Of a stretch of 64,000 bases of DNA, positions 26,844 to 39,656 are shown piece by piece. Position 1 is the first letter of the stretch; the number at the start of each line of letters is the position of its first letter. Source of the stretch: Nitrospirales bacterium (GTDB lineage Bacteria; Nitrospirota; Nitrospiria; Nitrospirales; UBA8639); the NCBI GenBank assembly GCA_965203295.1, contig CBDBCZ010000010.1, positions 1 through 64,000 of the forward strand, given 5' to 3'. A model generated the notes under the pieces. That model made no database searches, was not told the origin of the DNA, and saw only the letters and a program-made list of their open reading frames with translations. A program made the translations under genes and the position numbers.

Positions 26844-29800
26844 TATGGTGTCCATTTATGGACAAAAATCGATTTCTGTATTACTGACGTCATTTTTGTG
26901 CGATCGTGCGTTATTGCAACCGTCCTGACGCGTTTTCGCCTCAGCCACTCAGTTTTTCCATCGAGTTTTTGCAAGCGATGTACTCTTTCCTCGAAGTTTT
27001 GAAATCGATCGAGGTTTTTCTATCGATATATCTACCAATGACCGATGTTTCTACATCCAGTTCTTCTATCGAGTTGATTTGATCTTTGTATCGAGTTTTT
27101 GCAATCGATGTACTCTTTCCTCGATGTTTTGAAATCGATCGAGGTTTTTCTATCGATGCAATGACCGATCGATGTTTCTACATCCAGTTTTTTTTATCGA
27201 GTTGATTTGATCTTTGTATCGAGTTTTTGCAATCGATGTATTCCTTTACTCGATGTTTTGCAATCGATCGACGAATTGTCAGGTTTTCGCATCTGCCACC
27301 GAGTTTTTGTACCTTGCGAGTTCTTGCGCTCTACTATATAGCGCGAGTCAGTGATCACGTGCTTACTACGTGTATCGCGTGCCCCGGCCCGTCAGAAACA
27401 CGTGGTGTCGTGCCTGCCAGGCTAAAATATAATGGATGAGGACGAAAAAGCCCGAAAGCTGAAGGAGGCCATCGACCTATTATCTTCTATTCCAAGTGAT
27501 CGTGATTGTGATCGAGCTGTAGGCAGAGCCGCTAGCTGCTCAGCAGGACCAAGTCGATATCAAGGTATGACAAATTATATGCATATGACCACTGCACTGG
27601 GGGCATATGGGTAGCAGTTGTAGAATGGGGACAGTTAGTGGGTAGAAATATGCAACAAATATAGTTACCAGAAAGTACCATCAGCCACAAACCCATGCAG
27701 TATACATAAACATATTTTATTTCTTATTTCCCTGTAGTTGGTTCAAGCAGTATTACTAGTGCTTGTAGCCAGGCTGCCAGTGTTCTAAGAAGTGTTCGAA
27801 GCCAGTTGCAAGGTGTCAGTGGAGAGAGAAGGGAGCGCAGCTATGATGAGAAAGCACGAGATGAACACCGAGCAAATTTTGCCCCTTACTCCTTCAGTGC
27901 TAAGGGTACAAAGCGAAGGTGTGGTGCATTTTCTTCTCTTGTGCCAAAGCGAGGAAAGAAGAAGTGTTCATCGTGGACACAAAAGTTTGTGTGTTTGGCA
28001 AGCAAGGATAGGCAACGGGTCCCCTGTACCATTGGAGAAAAGGAAGAACTAATTGAGGCTGGGCTTGGGGAGAGGTCCGTGTGTATTCCTGATGTCGAAT
28101 GCTCCGCTCACGTCTTCAAAGAGACTCTGGTTGCTGAGTTTCCAGAAGTGTTCATCGTGGACACAAAAGTTTGTGTGTTTGGCAAGCAAGGATAGGCAAC
28201 GGGTCCCCTGTACCATTGGAGAAAAGGAAGAACTAATTGAGGCTGGGCTTGGGGAGAGGTCCGTGTGTATTCCTGATGTCGAATGCTCCGCTCACGTCTT
28301 CAAAGAGACTCTGGTTGCTGAGTTTCCAAAGCTAGCAGATGCAGGGGGGTTTGAATTGATGCACTGTCTAGCGAAGACACGACAGCTGGAGCCCATTTCG
28401 ACCACTGTGAGCCAACAGCCAAGAGCCCTGAAGACTATTGTGGGCAATGGGCGTATATACATTCGTCCAATTCAGCGAGACCTGGACCTTACCCCAAGTG
28501 AGGATGCAGATTATGAGGTATGATTGCTGTTTTACTGCTATCGTGGATTGCTCTCTCCAAGTATTTACCTTAGTGTGTATTCATTATGCTATTTCATAGG
28601 GGATCAAAGAGAAGTGCCTTACCTGTGGCGAAGAGATGTCATTAAAGGAACTGCGGAAGCATATTAAGGCCTGCCAATACTCTGAGTGAGTGGTTAATTG
28701 GTTATAATAGATGGAGGAAAGCACTATTCATGTTTGTATATGCAGGTATTTCATGTATGTTTTTCCCAATTACATCTTAGTGTCATTGCCAATGATCGGA
28801 CAGTGAATATATTTCGTTCCTTTTTTAGGAGAATGATAAATCTATCTCATGATGACGATTTCGATTTGTCAGACTCAGGCTCTTCGGCTATATATGTGTC
28901 TGATGATGACGACAAGAACTTGGTCAAGGAGGTGAGTGAAATTTGTTTGACTTCAGAGGCTCTAAGCACCACCTGTGAATACTGGAGAAAGGGACCCAGA
29001 AAGAGTTGGTTTTTTTTGTTCAAGCCTACTCCAATGAACAATAGAAGGAAGCAGTGGGACATGTGATGGTAGTGCTGCATTTGAATTCCACCAGTGCATC
29101 AATTTGTACCAATTTATTATCAAGTATGCTTTTTATTTAGGAGGATGGCTCCGTGGATATGAAGGCAGAGGCAAGGTAAGAGTTTTAATACTGAAACAGT
29201 AAGCATTTATTACTGTAGGCACTGTAACTGCTGTGTCTGCTCAGTTTCATTGTATCCCAGATGCTTCTCTTTCCCATGTACTGATGGTTGCCATTTTCTT
29301 GTCAGCCTTGTGACTTCAGCTATTGCACCGACAAGCCTTGGTGAGATCATCACTAATCTTACAATGTGTGTATCGGAAGAAGTCAATGTGCTGACAGTCA
29401 GACGTGAACATGTGCTGGTCGATACACTGAGGGCCACAGGGAGAAAAACCTTCGCTCCACAAAAGCAGCTGCAGGTGTGTATGAATTAGATTTTTTTTTT
29501 TATCACGTTTTCATTTATATGTTTTGACATTTTTTTATAGATTGAGTTCCTTGGCGAAGAAGCTGAGGATGGAGGGGGGCCAAGGAGAGAGTTTTGGAGA
29601 CTCCTCGGTAAAGATATTCAGATGTCTTTCTGTGAAGGGAGTGGAAACCGGTTCGTCTTTAGGCACGGCACTGTAGCTCTGATGGTAAGTGCCTACTGCA
29701 GGAAAAGAAGTTTCTTGCACTGCATGTGGAAACAGGAGCTCTTTAAGTCAAGGGAGCATGTAACTTCAGAGCATGTACATATCCTGTTGGAGCATAAATA

Positions 29801-29871
29801 TCCCCATGGAGGCTGGACTAGGGGACGTGGCTCCACAAGCATCGTTTTTCCCACACCCATGCATGTTACTA

Positions 29872-30053
29872 CAGTAGATCGGGAAATTTTCTCCGTTAAA
29901 AATTTTCACCGGTTGCATTGGCGACGAAAATGGGAAAACACGCGAAAATTATTCTATGCGTATAACACACATTCAATTTTTCGCCACGCGATGAAAATTA
30001 AACAAATATTTTTTCCGCGAAAAAAATACCTGCGAAAATTTCCTGATCTACGG
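29872..30053. mobile_element. TA-target MITE in an intron of the HECT gene
   Basis: TA|CAGTAGATCGGGAAATTTT ... AAAATTTCCTGATCTACGG|TA. Confidence 0.8.
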
Positions 30054-30629
30054 TATTACCCTACTTTTTTACATTTCTTGCAGTATACACTAGCACTCTC
30101 AGCTTTTTCCAATCATTACTGACATTCACAGCATATACATACGCTGATTTGTAAGTCTGGACGTTAATAATGTGGCCACTCACATGGGAATATTTCATGT
30201 ACTAATGGGCTCTGCATGTGGTTTACGCTGGTGTGTATACTCGTGTGTGTGTGGACAGATGCTTCATCAAGTTTGTCACTGGTTGTTCACATTGCAGGGC
30301 ATGAAATACTACCAGATAGGCCAGTTGATGGCAATGGCTGTTGTACAGGGAGGAAGCGGATTCCAGTTTCTAGCTCCTTGTATTTTTCAATACTTCTGTG
30401 GTGTTGAAGTGTCTGCCATACTTGTTGATCCCCAAGATGTAGCTGATTCGAATGTCAGAACTCTGCTGGAAAAGGTTAGGATGAGCATTAGCTTATTAAG
30501 TATAAACCATGGCATATCACTATGTGCACTAATTTGTCTCTGCAAATGCACAAGCTCATGCATAATTCATCAGCACATCATTGCATGAACCAGTAGTTCT
30601 TGTGTCTACTGGGTATACACAAGAACACA

Positions 30630-30720
30630 CTGTAGAGTACATACCAAGCGCCCACCCCCCTTTTCCGCTGCATCCTAAGGTTCCCCGCCCATGGGCACTT
30701 AATTGATACGTACTCTACGG
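30630..30720. mobile_element. Very small MITE in an intron of the HECT gene
   Basis: CTGTAGAGTAC ... GTACTCTACGG|TA inverted ends. Confidence 0.55.
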
Positions 30721-31975
30721 TACTGTATCCTCCCGCGCAGTTTGCTGCAAGTATGCATACATGCGTGAATTTCTTCTCTCCCTAGATTGAAAGTGCTGAG
30801 GATGTCACTGCACTTCGATCTGCTGCACTGGAATCAGTTGATATCACAATTGATGCTGGATTTACGAAGCCTGTGTCTGTCATGAGTATGGCAGACAAGC
30901 AAGAGCTGATCCACACTGTTGCACTCCATCACATGGTGCTTAAGTGCAAGGCTGAGCTAGACCAGTTGAAAAGTGGATTGCAAGTTCTCAGTGTTGGTGA
31001 TGCTATAAAGGCCCACCCAGGGTTTTTTGAGGTTTTCTTTACAGAAGCTGGACTTACTGCCCTAACAGCAGGTACTATTGTAGTTTTGAATTTGGCTCCG
31101 CATGTAGTCATCGTTCCATGGGTGTAGTCATTATTTTGAGTACTATGTATATTTCCTTTTTAGATGGATTACAAGCACTGTTGAAAGATATCAGATTTTC
31201 CCCTAAGGGAAGCAGTGAACGTGTGAAGGAAGAATCAACGTACATGTATTTCATTGATTTCCTGAATGAGTGTGAAGGTACATGCTGAACATTGGCAATT
31301 ATTTTAATGAAGGATATATAACCTATTTTCCCCCTTTTGTTGTATAGATGGTACCCCCGAGGGATTGGTCCTAGAAGACATTATGAACTTCTTTACAGGT
31401 GCAGAAGTTATCCCCCCCCCCCTTGGATTTGACCCCACCCCCACCTTGCACTTTAACAGTGAATCTATGTTTCCAACCGCTTCCACATGTGCACTGGAAT
31501 TGACCCTGCCAACTAGGTATCATGCAAATTACGATATGTTCAAACAGAAGGCATCACTAGCTTTCAAGTCTCATGGAGGGTTTGGCTTGCGATAGGTCAG
31601 CCGAGTGTCTCTAGTGTGGTCATGATAATATAATTTGACAATATTGAAGTCTTGGGTTGGTTATTCATTTCTAATCGGTTCTTGTGACTGATATCACCAT
31701 TATTTATCACCATTATTTATCACCATTAAACTCTTAGGTGTTGGTTGTCATAACTATATACAATGTGCATCATGACTACATTTATATCCTCAGTCATCAT
31801 GATAACATTATGTCTTTTGCATAATGTTAGTCATTTATTTTATCATCATGTAGTTTATACAAGTCCTTTTTTGTCACTGTTTTAGCACTCATCGTGACTT
31901 TATTTGCCAGTACAGTGTACACATATACTCACTGATGACAAATTACATCCTGATCAATACTAAGTCTTGTGATTC

Positions 31976-33636
31976 TCAAATAAATAGTTCTACAAATGCT
32001 TTAGTAGCCGTATACATGGCTACACCATGATCGTCACAGAAAGGATTAATCTCTTGCTTGAGCTGGTCTAATTCTGTGGGTGACAGAGGGCATTCAGTTT
32101 CTGGAACTTCAACCACGTCATCAATACCCACTCCAGAAGGCCCGTTCCAATCAATACCATAGTCATCCTATATAAAAAAAAATTATGCTATGATTAACAC
32201 AAAATCTATTTTAATACATGATTGGACAATGTCATTAAGGTGGTGTCTCACCCAAAGATATTTTGGATGTTTTCTCCAGGAAAACTGTAGGGGGTATGAA
32301 GCTGAAAATGCAACCCATGTAGTGATCTCAATAAGAGCTTTTCAATGAACGCCTATGTACAGGGTAAATTTACCTTTCCAACAATTTTCTGGATGGGACA
32401 CCACCTTCAAGGACTTACGGAAACCATTGTGGGATGCAGTATTCCTTGTATGGCATCATTATCACCTGTTCCTTCCGCCAGCCCTCCATACCATAGTTGA
32501 AAAGGACTCCTGTTACCAGCACTCCGAAGCCTGTGATGGCTGTAACCTTCCCGAAAGGTGTCAAGGTGGTGGTTTATCCTTGGAAGAAATACATAATGGA
32601 GACAAAAGAGATCTGAACTACTGGTAGGGTCAAGAATTCCATTAATTTCCAAGGAATAGAATAAAATGTAAAACAAGTGAATGCATCCTGTAAAAACATC
32701 TCGCCACAATCGCTCAATGCGCTGGTTGTGCACACTTCGTCCTGCAATAAAACTGTGTCTTCCAGGACCTCGATCTGGATGCTGCAGCATGAATTCGGAC
32801 ACCTTAACATTCTCGCCACCTTTGTCACACCTGACTCGTGATGGAAGACCATACTGTTCAACTGCTTTCGAAAAACAATCAAGGGCAGTCATAGCTCTGT
32901 TATTGCTTGATGCTTTTAGATACACAGGCAATCTTGAAAAACCATCAATACCACAGTGCACAACAATTCGCCAACGAATTAGTTTGTGATGGCCATCAAT
33001 GAAGCTATTAGGCATTTGTACACTGTATTTTCTGCGCTGCAGTACTGCCCGAAATCTTTCTCTCATTCCTCGAGGATCAATTCTCCGCAAACTTTCTCGC
33101 ACTCTTTCACGTTGAATATGGATACCTCTTGAGCGCAAGAGGCCTTCTAAACTTCGTAACCCACTGTTTGGGTTGTTATGGTGGAAATCAGCTGTTATGC
33201 TATCTAAATCGCTATCACTGATGTCACTAAAGTCAGTTAAATTTTCTAGCCCATACTGAATAACTCTTCTCCGAACTGTTATTGGAGACACCATCAACAT
33301 ACGGGCAATATCAACTAACTTGAAATGGTGACCTAAAAGTAGAACCAGCTGATTCTCTGGAATATAAATTTGGGGTCGCCCCCTCACATGCTTTATGTTC
33401 TCCTGGTCAACTTCACTTTGCAAACACTTCACCACTTCACAAACAGCAGTACACAAACTATCACCTCCTGGAAGTAATTCCTCGACTATTAGTATGTCTC
33501 GCAGAACCAACTCTGCCCGAAGCAATAATGATTCCAGTATCCCCTCACCTTCAGATTCTGATCCAGTAGCTATTAAGCTAAGCGTACCCTCAATTTCATC
33601 CACAAAGTTTAGTAAATCAGACTGAAGTTGAGCCAT
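31976..33636 (-). CDS. DDE integrase-core transposase with N-terminal HTH (IS3EU-like); exons 32419-33636 and 31976-32167
   Basis: DIARMLMVSPITVRRR (HTH), IDGHHKLIRW, GIDGFSR, RVRCDKGGEN, GRSVHNQRIERLWRDV. Exon 2 reads DDYGIDWNGP...INPFCDDHGVAMY. There may be a small in-frame deletion before the first Asp (PNSFIDG). Confidence 0.9.
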
Positions 33637-34396
33637 ACTGTAAAGTGTGCTTTATATAGAAAACCGGACGGCGGCATGGCAGTCACGTGGCGAAGGACTC
33701 AAAAGTCTCGCGATTAAAAAAACTCGGTGGCAGATGCGAAAACATGACAATTGGTCTATCGATTGCAAAAACTCAATACAAAGATCAAATCAACTCGATA
33801 AAAAAACTGGATGTAGAAACATCGATCGGTCATTGCATCGATAGAAAAACCTCGATCGATTTCAAAACATTGAGGAAAGAGTACATCGATTGCAAAAACT
33901 CGATACAAAGATCAAATCAACTCGATAGAAGAACTGGATGTAGAAACATCGGTCATTGGTAGATATATCGATAGAAAAACCTCGATCGATTTCAAAACTT
34001 CGAGGAAAGAGTACATCGCTTGCAAAAACTCGATGGAAAAACTGAGTGGCTGAGGCGAAAACGTGTCAGGACGGTTGCAATAACGCACGATCGCACGAAA
34101 ATGATGCCAGTAATACAGAAATTGATTTTTGTCCATAAATGGACACCATAGTGTAGGGCTAAAGTTGGCATGGCATGACGTGTGTGCAGAATGTAGGTGT
34201 GTGTGAAGTACTCAAAAGACAAATCTGTTCAGTGCACAAACAGAAATCAGTGTGAGTCAGTCAACTCGCCAACTCGTGAGTAATGGTCCAGGCATGGTAT
34301 GTGTGTGTGTGCATTGTGTAGGTGTGTGCATGTGTAGGGCTAAAGTTGGCATGGCATGACGTGTGTGCAGAATGTAGGTGTGTGTGAAGTACTTAA

Positions 34397-35044
34397 CCCT
34401 TTGAACGCGGCGAGCGTATATATACGCTCGAAAATTACTTCCGCATATCGCGGCGAGCGTATTAATACGCTCACCATAATAAATGCTACGGGTCAGACCC
34501 TTCCAATTTTATGGCACGCGTGACACTTTAGGGGGATAACCCTACGGTCTTTAGCAATCGATCTAAAGCTCCACCCCCGCCACAAGTCGTTCAAAGCATT
34601 CACTTGACGCTTAGTTGTGTAGCACAGTTAGTACGCGGCAAAGGCACGGGTAGCGTCTACAAGGCTTTTGAAGCCAAAAACGCCGAGTATGGCTGCAGTC
34701 AGAGCGCTAGGCCGTAAATACAGATCCAGCACTTAGTAACAGAACCGGCACGAAGTAACAGAAGCGACTCACCACTGGTGACAAACACACGAAAATGGCG
34801 ACTACCAAGGTTAGCTTTAGTGCTGCAGTTTGTATTCACTCTTCTGCAATAGCAGGGACTTTAGTAGACCAGCTACACACTAAACAACGATAGTTTTACA
34901 CTTTCTGGCTTCCAGTGTTGCCGTTTAGCACAGAAAATAGCCTACAACTCTACAAAACTGCGAGCACATGCACCGTAGACAAAAATTAAATTGGCTTCCG
35001 CATGACGCGGAAGTTATGAATAATCAAGTACCGCGCTCAAAGGG
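34397..35044. mobile_element. Non-autonomous piggyBac MITE, copy 2 (inverted relative to copy 1)
   Basis: TTAA at 34393-34396 and 35045-35048. TIR CCCTTTGAACGCGG / CCGCGCTCAAAGGG. Confidence 0.93.
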
Positions 35045-36131
35045 TTAAAAGACAAATCTGTTCAGTGCACAAACAGAAATCAGTGTGAGTCGGTCAACTC
35101 GTCAACATCTGCCTCCCTCATGGACTTACCCGACGCTCTCCGACAAACGGTAAGGAGTTGGAAGATGGCGCTTGCAGGGTCGAAGCTATACTCCTGTTCC
35201 TACAAGATCACTCGCAAGTCCGGCGATTCTAGCTGCCTGCCTCGCTAACCTAGCCTTGCCAAACTAACCGGATGTCAAAGGGAGTTGATTGAACTGGTAC
35301 TACCACGCCTTACGTGAACTTTTCCGGTTGCATTAAATTCTCCGTAATCTGACAAGTGGCCTGACGACTGTGTATATCACGTTCGAGAATTGGTTTGATC
35401 GTTATGAAGATTATGTTGTGGACCTGCGCGCTCGAAAATGAAGATCTTTTGTGCTACGATCACGGCAATCACTTGAACCAATTTTGAGCTAGCCTCGTTG
35501 AAGAAGAATAATAATAAGAAACCAGAATTAGAACGTTAACAAACTGGTAGTTCAGCCAGCTTCCAGTTTTCTACTTTAGCGAAGCTTTTGGCAACTTTGT
35601 GAGCCTTGTTGGTTGCAGAAACCCCCGAAAATGAAGGTTAGATACCTATAAAAGCTTAAAGCTTAGTTTTTGCAGAGATTTGGAAATATTGATTTTATAT
35701 TGCGTATATGGAATGTCCGTGCCATCCCTACATAGAGTACAGTGCGCTCTCTCGAGCTCTGCAGTCCAGTTTACGGCATTTTATTATTTGTACGCATGCG
35801 CGGAGATTGTCACATGACATGCACTTGGCAACCAGAGATCGTCATCGTGTGCTTTGTTTCACTGGAGTGTTTTCCTTCGGCAACTGCATCAGTGAACTTA
35901 TTCATGCGGCTGGAATAATTATTTTCAACACTTAGAGTGCACCTTTTTACCAAGGTGAGTAGCTATTATAAGAACTTACTCGTGTCAATATAAAGACAGT
36001 TAGCCCAACTACGTATGTGCGTTAAATAGAGTATGGACGCATACAGCTAGGCTGGCTACATCTTCACTGGGTGAGAAAGCCTCCGTACCTCACTCAAATA
36101 AATCTAGCCAAGGAAAGCCTGGGTATGAAGC

Positions 36132-36472
36132 ATTCTCATGGTCTAGACTCACTTGGGGGGAGGAGTGAGTCTGAGAGCTTCCATGTCAACTACAAGACTA
36201 AAAGTGATTACCGCAACATGAGAGTAAATGGCATTTCTTCTGCTGGATAGAAGTTCAGCTATTTACAACTAAAGCCCAAACAGAAAATTGTGGTCGAGGC
36301 ATTAGATCTAGTGCCATAGCAAGCTGATCGCTGCTGTGTGGTTAGTATTAGTTATTACTTATTAATTCTGCATTCTTTACACGCGACCAGTCTGGATTCT
36401 TCCATGGCACAGAATGCTGTCCGTAGTGTCCAGACTCACTCCTCCCCCCGAGTGAGTCTGGCCCGTGAGATT
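36132..36472. mobile_element. Decayed MITE with palindromic TIRs
   Basis: AGACTCACTTGGGGGGAGGAGTGAGTCTG versus CAGACTCACTCCTCCCCCCGAGTGAGTCT. Confidence 0.6.
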
Positions 36473-36953
36473 GCTACTCTTACCTGTATTCCTAAGAAAA
36501 ATTCACAAGTTGGGGTGTCCAGGATAACTTTACCTCTGTCTCTGAAACTTTCTGTCTGCGTTTTCAGGTACCATGAACTGCTTTTCCTTACTTGTTATCT
36601 ATTGTCTTTACCTTTGGCAGTGCGCTCGGCTCGTTATGCATCTTAAGATAGAGTTTCAAATAGAGGTGGAGGTTTTTTTAGGGGGAGGGAGATGCCCCTA
36701 GATCTCCTTAGAATGATGTCTGGTGTTCAAAACAAAAGCCCCTTGCCCCCCCACAAAGAAAAATTCCTGTATAAAACCCTGATCTATACTATGACAACCA
36801 AAAATAATCTACAAACAGAAAATTTTAAGAAGAACCTTTAGGGATGGAGTGCCTGTCATGTAACAACTTATTTCATCAACTGGTATAATTATAACTTGTA
36901 TTTAATGTTATACTATGAATTATTTATTACTGATTCTAAAAAAAACTAAAGAA

Positions 36954-37738
36954 ACAAGAAAATGAAAAAATTTAAAAAAAATTAAAAAGATGTAGGGATG
37001 GAGTGCCAAAAAGCAGGAAAACAAGGGTAGGGATAGCGTGAACGTAACATACACAGCCCCATCCCTACATCTTTTTCACATGTCAACTGCAGTGATGGCC
37101 TAATTACTTCTTAATGGTCCTTCCTGTAGGCAGCACTGAGAAGGGGGTGGCCATGGATGTGTATTGAAATTTAAGCTGTGTATGTAATTTTCAGCTTATT
37201 TCCAGCCTCCTTAGTACCCAGACATACTTTTGTACGAGACGCACCAAACAGTAGCTCCTGCATTTCAGAATCTATGTACAATCATGCATTGTACAGTGTG
37301 TTTATACAAGCAAACATACACACAGTGTATATCCATGCAGGCTTATTAGTACTCGGAATGTACATGCAAACATCCACACAGTGTGTACATCCTCATTAGT
37401 ACCCCACTTAAAAAAATATGTATCAATATAACATACAACATAGGCATAATTATACTTCAGAAATGATACAATTTACTGTTTCAACTGGTATACATGCATG
37501 TAGCTGTGAAATATATCAGCAAATCGTGCAAAGAGGGTTGGCCGGTGCAAGTTGCCACTGGTTAATTGGGTATGACACAATAATATCGCAACACTACGGT
37601 TGCAGTGACATGTGAAAAAGATGTAGGGATGGGGCTGTGTATGTTGCGTTCCTGCTATCCCTACCCTTGTTTTCTTGCTTTTTGGCACTCCATCCCTACA
37701 TCTTTTTAAATTTTTTTAAATTTTTTTCATTTTCTTGT
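36954..37738. repeat. About 135-bp inverted repeat pair (MITE or foldback-like)
   Basis: 36954-37090 versus 37601-37738, each arm containing AAAGATGTAGGGATGG and CCATCCCTACATCTTT. Confidence 0.8.
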
Positions 37739-37919
37739 ACATGTATGATCCTGCAATTTCAGACAGTGGTCCAGACTACATGTATGATCTGCAATTTCAG
37801 ACAGTGGTCCAGACTTGACTACCAGCACGTTTACCAAGACACGTGATCTTTGTTCTAGGCCTTGGATCATATCAAAACTAGTCATTAGGCTGAAAATAGT
37901 TACCAGAGACAGTCCTTTG

Positions 37920-38335
37920 GTAATTCCATGGATGCCTTCTGACTTTAGCTACTATGATCCTGGCACCGTACTTTAGTACGATCCTAGGATCATCCTAGGA
38001 TTGTTCCCTGAATCGATCCTTGGATGATTGTAAGGACGATAATTAGGGAACCTCTGGACTTATGCTATCACTGTACTTCAGGATGATGCACCTAAGCATG
38101 ATAACTAGGGATCCTTCGGACGCACGCTATCACTGTATTTCTGTATGTTCCTGGAATCATCCTAAGATGATAACTAGGGATCCTCCAGACTTATGCTATC
38201 ACTATGATTCTGGGATCATCCTAGGATTGGTCCCTCAATCGATCCTTCTGTCATCTGGACTTATGCTATCACTGTACTTCAGTATGATCATGGGATCGTG
38301 GGATTATCCTAGGATTAGTCCCTGAATCGGTCTTT
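37920..38335. repeat. Degenerate GGAT-rich tandem repeats
   Basis: Recurring GGACTTATGCTATCACTG, ATCCTAGGATT and ATAACTAGGGATCC. Confidence 0.6.
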
Positions 38336-39343
38336 AAATCATCCATATAGACAAGGAGTATTCATGAATCATGAGCGTGAATTAACGTGGCACTTTTTTA
38401 AACTTAGATTACGATAATACCCGTTAATTCCAGTTTCCTTTTTTCTGCTTGTTATCTGAACACGTCCACCTCCTTTTTAGTTGGGTCCAGTAGTCACATC
38501 AAAGCATCACTGAAAACCCTTCTCTCAAATCCCAGGTCACCTAAGCTGTACATGTAGTAAGGTAAGCAAGCATGCATGGATATCAGGCTTTACACCAACT
38601 TAACAGCTGGTGTTCTCATGTGTATCATCACTAATTATTAGTGACAAATACTACCCAATTATGCTGTAGTGTAAACATTACAACTCAAACTTAATGGCAA
38701 AACACACTTTTACACATTACATGTAACTTGAGAGTCTAGGGCTGCTAAGGGAACTCAACTGAAGGGATGGTGGGCGAACAATTAAATAGGCATTTGAAGT
38801 CGCCTTACTGTGCATTGTTCTTTGAAGGCTCCCGAAACCCTTTGACAACGTAGAAAATAGATTGGTTGTGGCGGTAGATAAAACTTCCCTTGGAGAGTGT
38901 GCATTTGATGTTTGTCGGCGCCAATGGTTTGCGTTGCAACATAACTACTATATTACCCACCCCATGATTAAAAATTACTATTTTAACACCTTTCACGTAG
39001 GTAATCTGTGGTAATACCTTAGATGGTGTGCTCATTTTGGAGTTACTTCCTGCACAGTAGTGTGAGTGATTTGTGACCATAATCTTTGGAAAGAGTTGCC
39101 GAGGACAAGCGGTATGCTACATTACGCATTTAAACTTTTTTGGTATAGCTCCTGTGGTACTTCATGTACAAATTCTGCAGTACAGTATGGACTGATGCAT
39201 ACGTTTGATATTTCAGAAACCCTTTAGGGCTCCTTAGCGCCAATGGTTGCAGGTAACATTAGTTCATTACTTGACAATAGCGACAATAGTCGCGCAATGC
39301 GAGTACGTACCTCTTACCGTCTGTAATTCAAGTGATGTTTTCC

Positions 39344-39543
39344 TGTTATGGAACTTAAATTCCTTCTTTGTCTATCACTGAATGCGTCTGAGATCACTCA
39401 TTTATTGCATTGTCATTACATCATTGTGATCACGTGATTGTAAGAGTCAGATTAATGAAGTTTTGTGAACACGTGTGGTGCAGCTAGCAGAAGAATCCTG
39501 CATGATCGCCTCCACGGAGAGTGATACGGTAGCACCCATTACG
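39344..39543 (+). repeat. 5' LTR
   Basis: TGTTATGGAAC...CCCATTACG. About 13 mismatches in 200 versus the 3' LTR by manual count. Confidence 0.92.
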
Positions 39544-39560
39544 TGGTCCTTCAAGCCAGA
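39544..39560 (+). promoter_or_regulatory. Primer binding site (tRNA-Tyr-like)
   Basis: TGGTCCTTCAAGCCAGA immediately after the LTR, close to the complement of the tRNA-Tyr 3' end TGGTCCTTCGAGCCGGA. Confidence 0.75.
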
Positions 39561-39656
39561 TGGAGTCTCTTTCGAACGGGGCTACTAGTGTCCCTCTACT
39601 CTTTTAGCCGAATCGCTGAAGTGAATCGGAAGTAGGATTCTATTTCGTGCCCACCC

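Larger units (their letters stand above)
27432..31595 (+). pseudogene. Multi-exon HECT E3 ubiquitin ligase (G2E3-like), frameshifted by a 184-bp internal duplication
   Basis: VRREHVLVDTL, IEFLGEEAEDGGGPRREFWRLL, IGQLMAMAVVQGGSG, KAELDQLKSGL, MNFFTGA...FPTASTCALELTLP...GFG with catalytic Cys retained. Duplication 27961-28144 / 28145-28328. Confidence 0.88.
26844..34150. mobile_element. IS3EU-like DNA transposon (7.3 kb) with convergent HECT and integrase genes
   Basis: Termini TATGG...CCATA. 6-bp TSD GTGTAG (26838-26843 and 34151-34156). Internally repetitive TIRs of about 440-460 bp (26844-27308 and 33717-34150). Confidence 0.9.
25365..35737. mobile_element. Non-coding foldback element with about 620-bp terminal inverted repeats, hosting two insertions
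   Basis: 25365-25985 is the reverse complement of 35119-35737, with ends CTCTATGTAGGGATGGCAC / GTGCCATCCCTACATAGAG. No clear TSD. Confidence 0.85.
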
